Assembly: GCA_951406725.2 (NCBI GenBank)
Contig: OX597827.1
Span: 10,416,001 to 10,480,000 of the forward strand
Source: Octopus vulgaris
Lineage: Eukaryota
Length of the DNA stretch: 64,000 nucleotides
Direction of reading: 5' to 3'
Part shown: in pieces, positions 1 through 11,888 of the stretch
Position numbering within the stretch: the stretch's first letter is position 1
Layout: each line of letters opens with the position of its first letter
Translations under genes and position numbers: made by a program
Notes under the pieces: model-generated
What the model saw: only the letters and a program-made list of their open reading frames with translations
Told to the model about the DNA's origin: nothing
Databases searched by the model: none

Positions 1-587
1 TTAAATGAACTCTTTTAAGTTTGTTTTAAAAAAACTTTAGAGGATATAACGTCAAAGGTGGCCTATAGAAAGACAAGGGGTAAATGAAAGAAAAAAGCCA
101 AATGAATGAGAAGTATATAACGGTATGTAAATTAAAAAAAAATTTGTAGTCTTGGAAAATGATATATCCAGTCACTGTGAAATGTAAGAAGAAAATTAAA
201 GTTTAAATTATATATAATGATAGATATCATTTATATGAACTAAAGTTGTGTTTCTGCCAATGTTTACATCGGTAAGCATGCTCTATAACCATGTTTAAAA
301 GGGAATTTTTAGCAAAAAGAATAAAAGATAGTTCAGAATTACAGAGAAGACAGAATTCCTTGCCTTTATCATAAGGTACCGAAATTAGGAGAATCAACCA
401 TATATTTCGCTTGACAACCAATGTTGGTGTGTTTATGTCCCTGTAATGTAGCAGTTCAGCAAAGGAGACTGATAGAATAAGTACTAGGCTTACAGAGAAT
501 AAGTCCTGGGGTCAATTTGTTCGACTAAAGGTGATGCTCCAGCATGGCTGCAGTCAAATTACTGAAAGAAATAGAAGATTAAATGAG

Positions 588-952
588 CAAGAGCACTCAG
601 AGAGTGCAAACCTCTGTCAAGTCAACACCAACGTCCTCTCAATAATTAGCTGGAGATGATTTTTAAAATGAGAATATCTGAAATAAACTCGGCAGCTTTC
701 ACAAATAAGAATAGTGAAAATGAACCCGACTGTTTCAAAAATTAAGTAGAAAATATGAAAAATAATCCAGAATCCTTCTCCGGTGTTGGATTGATCCCAA
801 AATCTAATCAGTTCATGCCAGTCATGAGGCCAAGCATCCCTGAAAGTTTCATCAGAATCCATCTGGCAATTCTTGAGTTATCTTGTCCACGGTCAAACAA
901 ACAAACATAACTGAAAACAATACCTCCAGCTTTGCTAAGGTGGAGGTAATAA
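588..952 (-). mobile_element. Helentron/HINE-like non-autonomous element
   Basis: Minus strand starts TTATTACCTCCACC...GGAGGT (hairpin), has an internal (TTTG)n tract and ends GAGGTTTGCACTCTCTGAGTGCTC. This layout is typical of HINE/DINE-like elements. Confidence 0.55.
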
Positions 953-992
953 AAGAATAAAAGAATACATATCTGTATATGTGTGTATATAC

Positions 993-1032
<40 letters not shown>

Positions 1033-1239
1033 ATACATATAAATATATGTATATGTGTGTATGCATAGGTTTATACACGTACATACACACACAGAGGTAT
1101 ATGTTTATATGTGTGTCATTTTGTGTTTGTCATCCACCCCCACAGTTTTCCAATCAGTGTTGGTTTGTTTATGGCTCAGTAACTAAGTTTTAAAAAAACA
1201 TAAGCTTTGTGGTTAATTTGCTTGACCAAATGATGTAAT

Positions 1240-1887
1240 CATTAATTGTTTGAATGACATTGTAGGGTTGGTGTGAGAAGCCAGATTTGGCTGATTTGAG
1301 CATAAAAAATGGTAGAAAATTTCAGCTAGATTAAAAGTTACTTTAAGTTCTAAAGGTTTAATTAGCCCTTTAGCTTTTAAAGCAGCCATATCTGGCCAAA
1401 ATATTCTACATATGTTCAAACTGGCTGGATCTGGCATCTCACACCAACTCTACAATATCGTTCTAAGCGTTAACAATTCCCTCATCAAAAGAATGCGAAT
1501 AAATAAGCATTACATTTGGCAAAATAATGTGGATGCTGAACTGGCAGCCCATCAGTTATGATGACAAGGGTTCCTGTTGATCTGATCAATGGAACATCCT
1601 GCTCGTACAATTAACTTGCAAGTGGCTGAGCACTCCACAGACATCTGTACCCTTGACATAGTTCACAGGGAGAATCAGCGTGACACAGAGTATGACAAAG
1701 CTGGCCCTTTGAAATACAGGCACTATTCATTTTTGTCAGCTAAGTGGACTGGAGCAATGTGAAATAAAGTGTCTTGCTCAAGGACACAACGCACCACCGG
1801 GAATTGAACTCATGACCTTATGTTCATGAACCGAATGCCCTAACCACTAAGCCATGCACCATCACAAGTGAATGCTAAGGAGTTAAG
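1240..1887. mobile_element. Two decayed, oppositely oriented copies of a TTAACCC-terminated MITE; the second is interrupted by a SINE (1541-1865)
   Basis: Similar to 30043-30270 (GTGTGA.AAGCCAGAT.TGGC, CCCTTTAGC termini). The second copy resumes at GAATGCTAAGGAGTTAA after the SINE. Confidence 0.45.
1541..1865 (-). mobile_element. Chimeric SINE (family E-type head plus family B 3' body)
   Basis: 1710-1860 matches the family E head and body (6876-7020). 1550-1715 matches the 3' half of family B (8830-9000). Confidence 0.65.
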
Positions 1888-2229
1888 GGAATAATTTTCC
1901 CAACTGAATGTTTGGGGACTTGTGTCCCATCGTTGATGTGTTGAATCTTGAGTAATGTGCGAATAGGTTTAAATTATTGAACAAAACTCTGATCCCAGCT
2001 CTCCACTCTGCCCTACTCACTAATCTCAGAGAGTAAGGTATGAGACGGAACTAATACTGAAAGCCCTACCATAAATATTTTATGCCTTAATATACTCCCC
2101 CACCACCATCATAGCACTAGCCTTATCGTCATCATCATACTCATTGTCGTCATCATCACCACCACCCCTACTACCACCACTCTCATCATCATTCTCATCA
2201 CAATCCCTGCTACCACCACAGTCACCTCC

Positions 2230-2526
2230 AGGTTACCGTGGTCTTTTCCGTAGGCTTTTCTTTCCACGGGTAAACCTCACCTGTCCTCCCCTTTACACTT
2301 CATATTGACATTTCTGTCATAACGATCCCTATTGATCCAACTTTTTTCCTCCCCACCTTTTTTTATATTTTTATTTTTTCCCTCCCTTTTTTTGTCCTCT
2401 TTCTTTCCATTTACGATCCCTTTTGATCGAAAATCAAAACCCCTTCTTTTACCCCCAAAAGAAAATCTCTACCTTGTAATTTTGTCCTGTCTCTGTGCAG
2501 CCCTGTGTGGCTAATAAAGAAACATA
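2230..2526 (+). mobile_element. Probable retroposon 3' end (pyrimidine-rich, ends CCCTGTGTGGCTAATAAAGAAA)
   Basis: The terminus resembles the family C SINE tail. No ORF. Confidence 0.35.
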
Positions 2527-2528
2527 TC

Positions 2529-2759
2529 TATTTCTTTACTACCCACAAGGGGCTAAACACAGAGAGAACAAACAAGGACAGACGAACAGATTAAGTCGAT
2601 TATATCGACCCCAGTTCGTAACTGGTACTTATTTAATCGACCCCGAAGGATGAAGGGCAAAGTCGACCTTGGCGGAATTTGAACTCAGAGCGTAGCGGCG
2701 GATGAAATACCGCTAAGCATTTCGTCCAGCGTGCTAACGTTTCTGCCAGCTTGCCGCCT
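2529..2759 (-). mobile_element. tRNA-derived SINE family C
   Basis: A/B-box-like head (TGGCAGAAACGTT...GAGTTCAAATTCC) and a GCC.TTCATCCTT.CGGGGTCGAT central block. Multiple copies in the window. Confidence 0.85.
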
Positions 2760-4783
2760 TAAATCATCATCATTATCATCATCATCACCACTACCACACT
2801 ACACCACCACCATTACCACCATCACTACTAACACCACCGCTACTACTGTCATTATCATCATCACTGTTTCCCTGAATGCTTTTCTATGTGTTGGGCAAGA
2901 TAGTTTTTGCTATGTGTTGGGAAGGACATTTTTGAGATAGTCTGTTATGGTCTGGTACCTTTTCCATTGCCACCCCCTTTTAGTTCTTTCTTACAGCACA
3001 AGGAACACAGCAACAAAAAAAAAATTCCTGGAATACATATCATTATAATAAATTATAATTAATTATATAAATCACAGTCTTTTTCTCATTGAAAGCTTAG
3101 CAAATCAAATACCATTTTATTGTTTGTATAAACTATTAGAAACATTTCAAAATACCTTTTCCAATTTTGTACATAGTAGTACTTCTCCCTTAAAGATCTG
3201 CATTTTATATACATTTATACATATAGATATACATACACACACACATATATACAGTTGTATATGAGTGTGTGTGCATGCGTATGTGTGTGTGTATGTGTGT
3301 GTAAGTGTGTTTGAAAGTGTGTGTGTATGTGTGTGTACATATTCCAACCAGTGGATAATACCGCACCTATAAAGCATGCAGAAAACATGCATTATGATCA
3401 TCAATGGAAAGTTTCATTGCTTATAAAAGATTTGTCAGAACTGGAACAACTCAGAATTGATGATAATTAAAATGAAAAGATACGTAATTAAATTTTTAAG
3501 ACTCTTTGTTAAAAATATTTCAACAATGTAAAACACTTTTAGTAATTATACCTGGCTAATTAAATTTAAATTGCATTTTATATCCAATGCTATGCTTTTG
3601 CTATACCAAGCATCATGGAGTATTGTTATAGAAGTAAATAAAGTTTTATAATTTCTATGCTTCAATTATCTAATATAAATGCTTCAGGAAGATTATATAC
3701 AGTAATTGAAACAAGGAATACTTGAACTATCCTGTGCTAGATTTTCCTATGAAATAATCCAGATGAGCTACAATGGACATTTATAAAAGAAATGGAAAAG
3801 TGAAATTGAATATGGAAAGGTTTGAATTTCTCTGTATCTAAATACAATAGCACCTACAATGCTGTCTCGGTTTTCTTGTGATATTTCTGTAATTATGTGT
3901 ATCTGTGTATGCATTTGTGCATGTATCTGTATTTATGTGTGTGTGTATCTGTGTGTGTGTGTCTGCTTGTGCATTTCTCTAACCATGTGTATATGTGTAT
4001 GTATTTATGCATGTATCTGTATATTTATGTATGTGTATCTCTGTGTGTGTGTGCATCTGCATTTAAGGCTGTGGATGTGTTGATATGTGTATGTGTATAT
4101 ATATATGTGTGTGTGTGGAGGTACATGGCCTAGTGGTTAGAGAGGGATCGCGGGTTCAAATCTCAAACTGGGCGAAGTGTGTGTTTATGAGCGAAATACC
4201 TAAAATTCTCGCAGCTCCGGCAGAAGGTAATTGCGAACTTCTACTGATTCTTTCGCTAACTAAAATCTTCCAAGGTGGTGCTCCAGTATGGCTTCAGTTC
4301 AATGACTGAAATACGGAAAATATAAAATATGCATACATATATGTATATGTATATCTATATATCTATATACATATATATAAATATACAACTGGATTCTGAA
4401 CAGTTCCTATCAAATTTCACTGACAAGGCGATAGCCAATATAAGATTACTGAAGAAGATATTTGCTCTCAGAGCAACATGCAGTGTGATCGATCCTAGAA
4501 CCATGTGGCTGCAAAACAAATTTCTTAAACCACATAACCATACCAGCACTGTTTACAATTTGTTCCAATATTTTTTGCTTATTGATTCCACCTTCTTCCT
4601 ACATGTTTCTCTTGCATTCATTTCTGTAACTTAAAGTTCTTGTTGCAATTTCTGTACAGTTTTATTTAATTTATTTCCCACAATTTGTTTCCTCATTGGA
4701 TCACTTTTAGCATTTTCCTTCTATTTTTGTCATAAAACCTATTATTGGCTGTCTGTTAGCTCTAGAAGTTATAATCAAATCAC

Positions 4784-4815
<32 letters not shown>

Positions 4816-5240
4816 TTATTTTCATTCTGTTCAAAATTTTATCATTCTGGAAGCTTATTGGTCTTCACATTTGACTTACGTTCTTTATTTTGTTAAACCA
4901 TTGTTAAGTGAGGGCAGATAAAACTACATTGCTATATCTTCTAGGTAGCAACATTCCTTTCCTTTCTTTTAATAGCTTAGTCCAAGGCTTATGCTTAGGG
5001 GCTATGACACTTTGAGAGTGGTTGCAACTGATGAAGGAAAGGATAGAAATTATTCCTCTGCTTCCAACCCGACCCAAATATTCTCAGCAAAGTGGACTAC
5101 ATTAAAGGAATGGAAGAATTCTGTAGTGAGTGTCAGATGAAGCTTCTTTCTCAAAAGGATTGAAATATGGGTCCTCCATCAATAAAATTCTACACAATTA
5201 TTATCAAACAGATTACCAAATTTCAGTCACAGCGCTTTAG

Positions 5241-5588
5241 CGGTTATAGGATCACAGTTTCGATTCCCAGACCGGGCATTGTGAGTGTTTATTGAGCGAA
5301 AATACCTAAAAGCTCAACGAGGTTCTGGCAGGGTATGGTGGTGATCCCTGCTGTACTCTTTCACCACAACTTTCTCTCACTCTTTCTTCCTGTTTCTGTT
5401 GTACCTGTATTTCAAAGGGCCAGCTTTGTCACACTCTGTGTCACGCTGAATCTCCTTGAGAACTACGTTAAGGGTACACGTGTCTGTGAAATGCTCAGCC
5501 ACTTGCACGTTAATTTCACGAGCAAGCTGTTCCGTTGATTGTATCAGCTGGGACCATCATCATTGTAACCGACGGAGTGCTCCTATTC
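5241..5588 (+). mobile_element. 5'-truncated SINE family B between ~139-bp direct repeats
   Basis: Matches 8660-9004. The flanks 5103-5241 and 5589-5726 are near-identical. Confidence 0.85.
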
Positions 5589-5840
5589 TAAAGGAATGGA
5601 AGAATTCTGTAGTGAGTGTCAGATGAAGCTTCTTTCTCGAAAGGATTGAATATGGGTCCTCCATCAATAAAATTCTACACAATTATTATCAAACAGATTA
5701 CCAAATTTCAGTCACAGCGCTTTAGCTGATTCAAGGTTTTCCTAGAAGACACATTTGTAGTATATCAAACAACCTAACAACCTGGTGTCTGACCTTCCAA
5801 AAAAAGTTGCATTTCCTTTCAAAGAAAAAATGAAACATAT

Positions 5841-6248
5841 AGGCGCAGGAGTGGCTGTGTGGTAAGTAGCTTGCTAACCAACCACATGGTTCCGGGTTCA
5901 GTCCCACTGCGTGGCATCTTGGGCAAGTGTCTTCTGCTATAGCCCCGGGCCGACCAATGCCTTGTGAGTGGATTTGGTAGACGGAAACTGAAAGAAACCT
6001 GTCGTATATATGTATATATATGTATATGTATGTATGTGTATGTGTTTGTGTGTCTGTGTTTGTAACCCTAGCATTGCTTGACAACCGATGCTGGTGTGTT
6101 TACGTCCCTGTCACTTAGCGGTTCGGCAAAAGAGACCGATAGAATAAGTACTGGCCTTACAAAGAATAAGTCCCGGGGTCGATTTGCTCGACTAAAAGGC
6201 GGTGCTCCAGCATGGCCGCAGTCAAATGACTGAAACAAGTAAAAGAGA
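5841..6248 (+). mobile_element. tRNA-derived SINE family A, full length
   Basis: A box TGGCTGTGTGG, B box GGTTCAGTCCC, CTTGGGCAAGT block, internal (TA/TG)n and 3' tail GGTGCTCCAGCATGGCCGCAGTCAAATGACTGAAAC. More than 10 copies in the window. Confidence 0.9.
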
Positions 6249-6750
6249 AAAAGAGTATATGTTACTTGACTTTTACAATGTTTACAATGATACATCAAAC
6301 AAAATAATAAAACAGTTACTGAACTGAATTTGAGATGTCAAAATATTGACCTGAATAAGATGCCTGCCTACATTGCTGACAATGTTAGTGTAAACCAGTG
6401 ATTCTTGATTTGCATAACAGTGTCCCCTTAGAAGCATTGTGAGCTCACAAAGGAGACAGCAAACAACAAGGGTTCCTTATTGGCAGGTGTTGGGTATTTA
6501 GAAGAGTGAGTCATCATGTTTGCAGAGCAAGTGTCTTCTACGATAGCCTAGGACCAACGAAAGCCTTGTGAGTAGATTTGGTATTTGATGGAAACTGGAA
6601 GAAGCCCATCGTATGTATATTGCAAGGTTGGATTTGCAACAGTGAGTAGTTGCTGCAGCAGAAACATGTGTAAGTCATTATAATATGCTGTAAATAACTA
6701 TAAAATAAATTTTGTGGATGTACAAGTCTCCATACACTTTATTATTAATA

Positions 6751-6874
<124 letters not shown>

Positions 6875-6875
6875 T

Positions 6876-7155
6876 GAAGGTGCATGGCTCAGTGGTTAGA
6901 GCGTCAAGCTTACGACCGTGAGGTTGTGAGCTTGAATCCCAGACCGGGCTGCATGTTGTGTTCTTGAGCAAGACACTTTATTTCACATTGCTCCAGTTCA
7001 CTCAGCTGTAGAAATGAATTGCCAAGCTGCATCGGCCTTTGCCTTTCTCTTGGATAACACTGGTGGTGTGGAGAGGGGAGCTGGTATGCATGGGCGACTG
7101 CTGGTCTTCCATAAACAACCTTGCCCGGACTTGTGCCTGGGAGGGTAACTACCAG
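6876..7155 (+). mobile_element. tRNA-derived SINE family E (3'-truncated)
   Basis: TGGCTCAGTGGTTAGAGC head and CTTGAGCAAGACACTT block. A longer copy lies at 53651-53976. Confidence 0.85.
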
Positions 7156-7304
7156 CACTGGGCTCACAACTACAATTTCCATTTTGATTTAATTTTGATT
7201 TTGCTGATGTTGATGTACTTGACTCAATAAGTCTCTTCAAGCATGGCATGTCGCCCTACGATCCAAAGTACTTTTGAGTGGGCTGGTTATACATAGCTGT
7301 GGTG

Positions 7305-7925
7305 TCATTTTAATTGCCGGGTCTTCTCAGTCACAGCATACCTCCAGAGGTCTTGATCTTTTGTCATTACCTCTGTGAGACCCAATGTTCGAAGGTCATG
7401 CTTCACCACCTCATCCCATGTCTTCCTAGGTCTCCCTCTACCCCGGATTCCTTCAACTGTTTGGGAGTGGCACTTCTTCACATGGCTCTCCTTGTCCATC
7501 TGAAGTACATGACCATACCAACACAAAATTATCTCTTGTACAACACATCCGGCACTTCTTACGTCTAGCATTCCTCTCAGGGTGCTTACACTCTATCGTG
7601 TGTGCACACTGACATTACACATCCAGCAGATCATGCTAGCTTCATTTCTTTCGAGCCTACGCATGTCTTCAACAGTCATGGCCCATATTTCACTGCCATG
7701 AAGCATGGCAGTTAACATACATGCATCATACAATCTACCTTTCATTTTGAGCGAGAGGCTCTTTGTCACCAGAAGGGGTAGAAGCTTTCTGAACTTTGAC
7801 CAGGCTATTCGTATTCTAGTGGTAACACTCTCTGAGCAGCCACTCCCCACTACAGACTTGGTCACCTAGGTAGTGGAAGCTATCAGCTACTTCTAGTTTC
7901 TCCCCCTGGCATCTGATGGAGTCCG
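7305..7925 (-). mobile_element. RTE-clade LINE 3' ORF fragment (decayed)
   Basis: Peptides RIRIAWSKFRKLLPLL...KGRLYDAC...HGSEIW and WYGHVLQM...GRGRPRKTWDEVVKHDL are typical of the RTE C-terminus. Confidence 0.9.
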
Positions 7926-8501
7926 TCTACTGTTAATAAAAGCCAGGATGTATTGCATTCCATTACTGAATAAATGAAAAAATGTATTACAAATACACAA
8001 AATACAAGTAAAAATCGTTTCTATTTGCACACTCAGTGTACATTATACATTATTTCTTGCCATTTGTGTATTTGCACACATTTGTGTATTACACACACAC
8101 ACGTACACACATACACACACATACATACATGCACACACGCACACACACATATTATCATAATCATCATTTAACGTTTGTTTTTCACTACTTGCATGTGTTG
8201 GATGGTTTGACAGGAGCTGGCATGTCAGAAGACCGCACCAGACGTTATTGTCAGCTTTGGCAGGGGTTTCTATGGCTGGATGCCCTATCTAATACTGACC
8301 ACTTCACAGAGGACTGGGTACTTTTTATGTGGCACCAGCACCGGTGAGGTCACCAAGTAACCTGCAAGATAAAGACCTCTTATCTGAGATGGGGAGTTGT
8401 ATAGAGGAAGGTGAGTTTGTGCCAGGTGATGAGAGGTTAAACTGTAATAGGGGGATAAAAACAGATGTCTTGCTGGAAAGGAGATGCATAGTTACCCCAC
8501 T

Positions 8502-8535
<34 letters not shown>

Positions 8536-8619
8536 GCAGATGGTGATGTGCTAAAATAGGAATGCATCATATGGAATATTCTCCTTTTGGAGATTCATTC
8601 TAATTCTGATCTTGTAGAA

Positions 8620-9004
8620 GTGGAGGCGCAATGGCCCAGTGGTTAGGGCAGTGGACTCGCGGTCGTAGGATCGCGGTTTCGATTCCCAGACCGGGCGTTG
8701 TGAGTGTTTATTGAGCGAAAACACCTAAAAGCTCCACGAGGCTCCGCCAGGGGATGGTGGTGATCCCTGCTGTACTCTTTCACCACAACTTTCTCTCACT
8801 CTTACTTCCTGTTTCTGTTGTACCTGTATTTCAAAGGGTCGGCCTTGTCACTCTCTGTGTCACGCTGAATATCCCCGAGAACTACGTTAAGGGTAAACGT
8901 GTCTGTGGAGTGCTCAGCCACTTACACGTTAATTTCACGAGCAGGCTGTTCCGTTGATCGGATCAACCGGAACCCTTGTCGTCGTAACCGACGGAGTGCT
9001 TCCA
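8620..9004 (+). mobile_element. tRNA-derived SINE family B, full length
   Basis: A box TGGCCCAGTGG and B box GGTTTCGATTCCC. Flanked by an 11-bp TSD, ATCTTGTAGAA. Confidence 0.92.
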
Positions 9005-9276
9005 TCTTGTAGAAATACACTTAGCAGCTGATTTTTTTTCTTTTCCTATCAATGGCATCCATTATCCTCTCCAGCAAGTCATCCATAAAATGAGGGCTTA
9101 GTTGTATCAACAATATAATTTTATGTGTTCCCATAAAATAAAACTGAAATGATTATTAATTTTACTTATAATTAATATTCATTTGTATGCATTTGGCGGT
9201 GCCCCAGCATGGCCACAGCTCATAAGCTGAAACTAGAATCAATCAATCAATCAATTTATATATCTTTAGTCTTTTA

Positions 9277-9473
9277 TCTTTTACCTGTTTCAATCATTAG
9301 ACTGCGGTCATGCTGGGGCACTGCCTTGAGTTTTTAGTTGAATGAATTGACACAAGTACTTATTTTTTTATGTTTGATTCTTATTCTGTCAGTCTCTTTT
9401 GTCAAACCACTAAGTTATTGGGACATAAACACACCCACACCGGTTGTCAAGTGGTGATGGGAGGACAAGAACA

Positions 9474-9534
<61 letters not shown>

Positions 9535-9697
9535 GACAGACTTCTTTCAGTTTCTGTCAGCCTGAGGCTATAGTAGAAGGAGAGACAGAGAGAGACAGAG
9601 AGAGAGAGAGACTTGCTAAGGTGCCACACAGTGGGACTGAACCTTGAACCATGTGGTTGAGAAGCAAGCTTTTTATCACACTGCCACTCCTGCACCT
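9277..9697 (-). mobile_element. SINE family A (diverged)
   Basis: Reverse-complement similarity to 5841-6248. Confidence 0.8.
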
Positions 9698-10961
9698 GTG
9701 TGTGTGTGTGTGTGTGTATTTATAATAACTTTTGTGAAGGACAATGGTAAAACAGAATAATCTGACCGTTGCTCTTTACAGAGTAATTCCATCACGTAAA
9801 GAACTAAGTTTTAAAAGGGTTCAAAAAATTAAAAATTGTACATAGAATTTATAATGGCACTGCATAATATATAGTCTCTTGTATATACGTTATACTGTAT
9901 AATACCTGTTGAATAGCATTTTTCTTTTTGTATAGTGTTTCATGTATATTATATAAATCAAATGTTTTTAAGTGTACACTGTTTTATAAAGTGTATTTAG
10001 CATAATTTATGACGTATGCAGCTAGGTGAGTAGAATTTGAAGTGTATATAGTCTATTGTATGCAGTCAATTTTATAATGTGCCTTGTATTTTGACATGTA
10101 TTGAGAATCTGTTTTATACAAGTCTAAAATCTTGACAGTCTGATATATTTAAGAAAGTACCATTACTAATATCATACAAAAAAAATATTATTAAAAAACT
10201 ATATATAATAAATTGTGTATGTCTGACAATTTATTAAACATTTTACAACTATATTCTTCATGAACTACACTAACTGAAATTTCATTTTTAAAATAATTTA
10301 GAATTTCGTTGGGTAGAGTTAAATAACTGAGTATTTTATTTATAAGACGGTGCTTGAAAAAGCGAAAGGTTTATATATAAAACTGTAATAGTATGTTATA
10401 ATTTTTAAAATTTGAAACAAGATGTGTTTCATATGATATGAGATGAGGCGATCTCAAGTGGGTTAGTATTGAAAGTGTTAAATATTTATTCAACAGAGGC
10501 TGTACAATGTACGACATTCAACTTAAAATCTATAGCATAATGCACAGTATAATGTAAAGTTACTGTAAAAAACAAACTTCGGCAGACAGTGTACAAAAGA
10601 CAGTTTTGAACAAGCTATAACTCGATAGAAAATTGAGTGCTTTTCAGAGTCAAATTCTTATATAATCACTTTTAAAAAAAAATTGTTTAGGAAAAAAAAC
10701 ATTTATTTATTTATTTATTTATTCCTCTCATATTACAGACTCCATATGTATTCTTTGATTAAATTTTACTTCCAGAATTTTAAAAGTAATCCAAATTATG
10801 GCAAAACTAAATGTAAAAATAATGTTTGGAAGTAATCATATTGCATTGCATTTTATGATAAAAAAAATAACAATAACAATATTTATATACATGCAAACAT
10901 GTATACAAATTTTACATAGACTTATCAATATATACAGCCCTGCAAACCAATATATACTGAA

Positions 10962-11111
10962 TACATACATACATGCATACATACATACACACATACATAC
11001 ATACATACATACATACATGCATACATGCATACATACATACATACATACATACATACATACATACATACATACATACATGCATACATACATACATACATAC
11101 ATACATACATA
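10962..11111. repeat. (TACA)n tetranucleotide microsatellite
   Basis: Direct reading. Confidence 0.95.
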
Positions 11112-11488
11112 AAAATAGATAATTTCTTTGAGATGGTAATTATAACTTCCACCATTATGGCAACAAACAACAATAATAATTTAGCTTCAATTCCTTGGCT
11201 ACAGAATCTAATTCTATGGAAGTTCTCTTTCTAAAACATTATGGTCCACTTGCTATGGATGTTTTATTAAAACAATGAGTTCAATAAAAGGCCTTTTGTT
11301 TTGTTTGGAAATGTATCAGGAATGCCTTACCATATTTCACTGAATCGGTAACTCAAGGATTTTACTCCCCCGTTTCCTTCTGCTACTCTTTCTTTAGTCT
11401 CTTTCTCAATATATGTATGCATATTGCATGCGTGTGTGAATGTATGCATAAACATATATGCATGTACTCATGCATATATATATATATA

Positions 11489-11888
11489 CTAGCAGTATCG
11501 CCCGGCGTTGCTCGGGCTTGTAAGGGAAATAACTATATAAGCATTTTTAGAGAGTTATAGCCAAAAAATAGCAAAAAAATGCATTAAAAATGGGAAAAAA
11601 ATTATGGTAAATTTTTTTTTAAATCGTTGACTCATCGTAGACATTTTTAGAGAGTTACTTCCCTTATATAATAGCGAAAAAAATGCATTAAAATGGAAAA
11701 AAATGATGGTAAATTTTTTTTTTAAATCGTAGACTCATCATAGGCGCGCGCTAATACCCAGAAGGGCTCGATATGAATCACGACTATAAGATATCCGGTT
11801 TTGGTTAAACTGCATCGCAAAATGTGGGAGTAGTTAGGAATCTAAATCGTAGGAGACAGACACACAACTTCACTTTTATATATAAAGA
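11489..11888 (-). mobile_element. Non-autonomous Helitron
   Basis: Minus strand has 5' TC and a 3' hairpin CCCGAGCAACGCCGGG followed by CTAG, inserted between A and T. A second copy lies at 51578-51971. Confidence 0.85.

Noticed and set aside
5028-5065. CTGATGA followed by an AGGAA/TTCCT stem
   Set aside because: No GAAA after the stem and no stem I or III, so it is not a hammerhead.
8621-8700. tRNA-like sequences at SINE heads
   Set aside because: They have A/B boxes but no complete cloverleaf, and they are always fused to SINE bodies, so they are not tRNA genes.
8754-8957. Recurring 67-aa ORF MVVIPAVLFHHNF...
   Set aside because: It recurs only because it lies inside young SINE B copies; there is no evidence of coding constraint.
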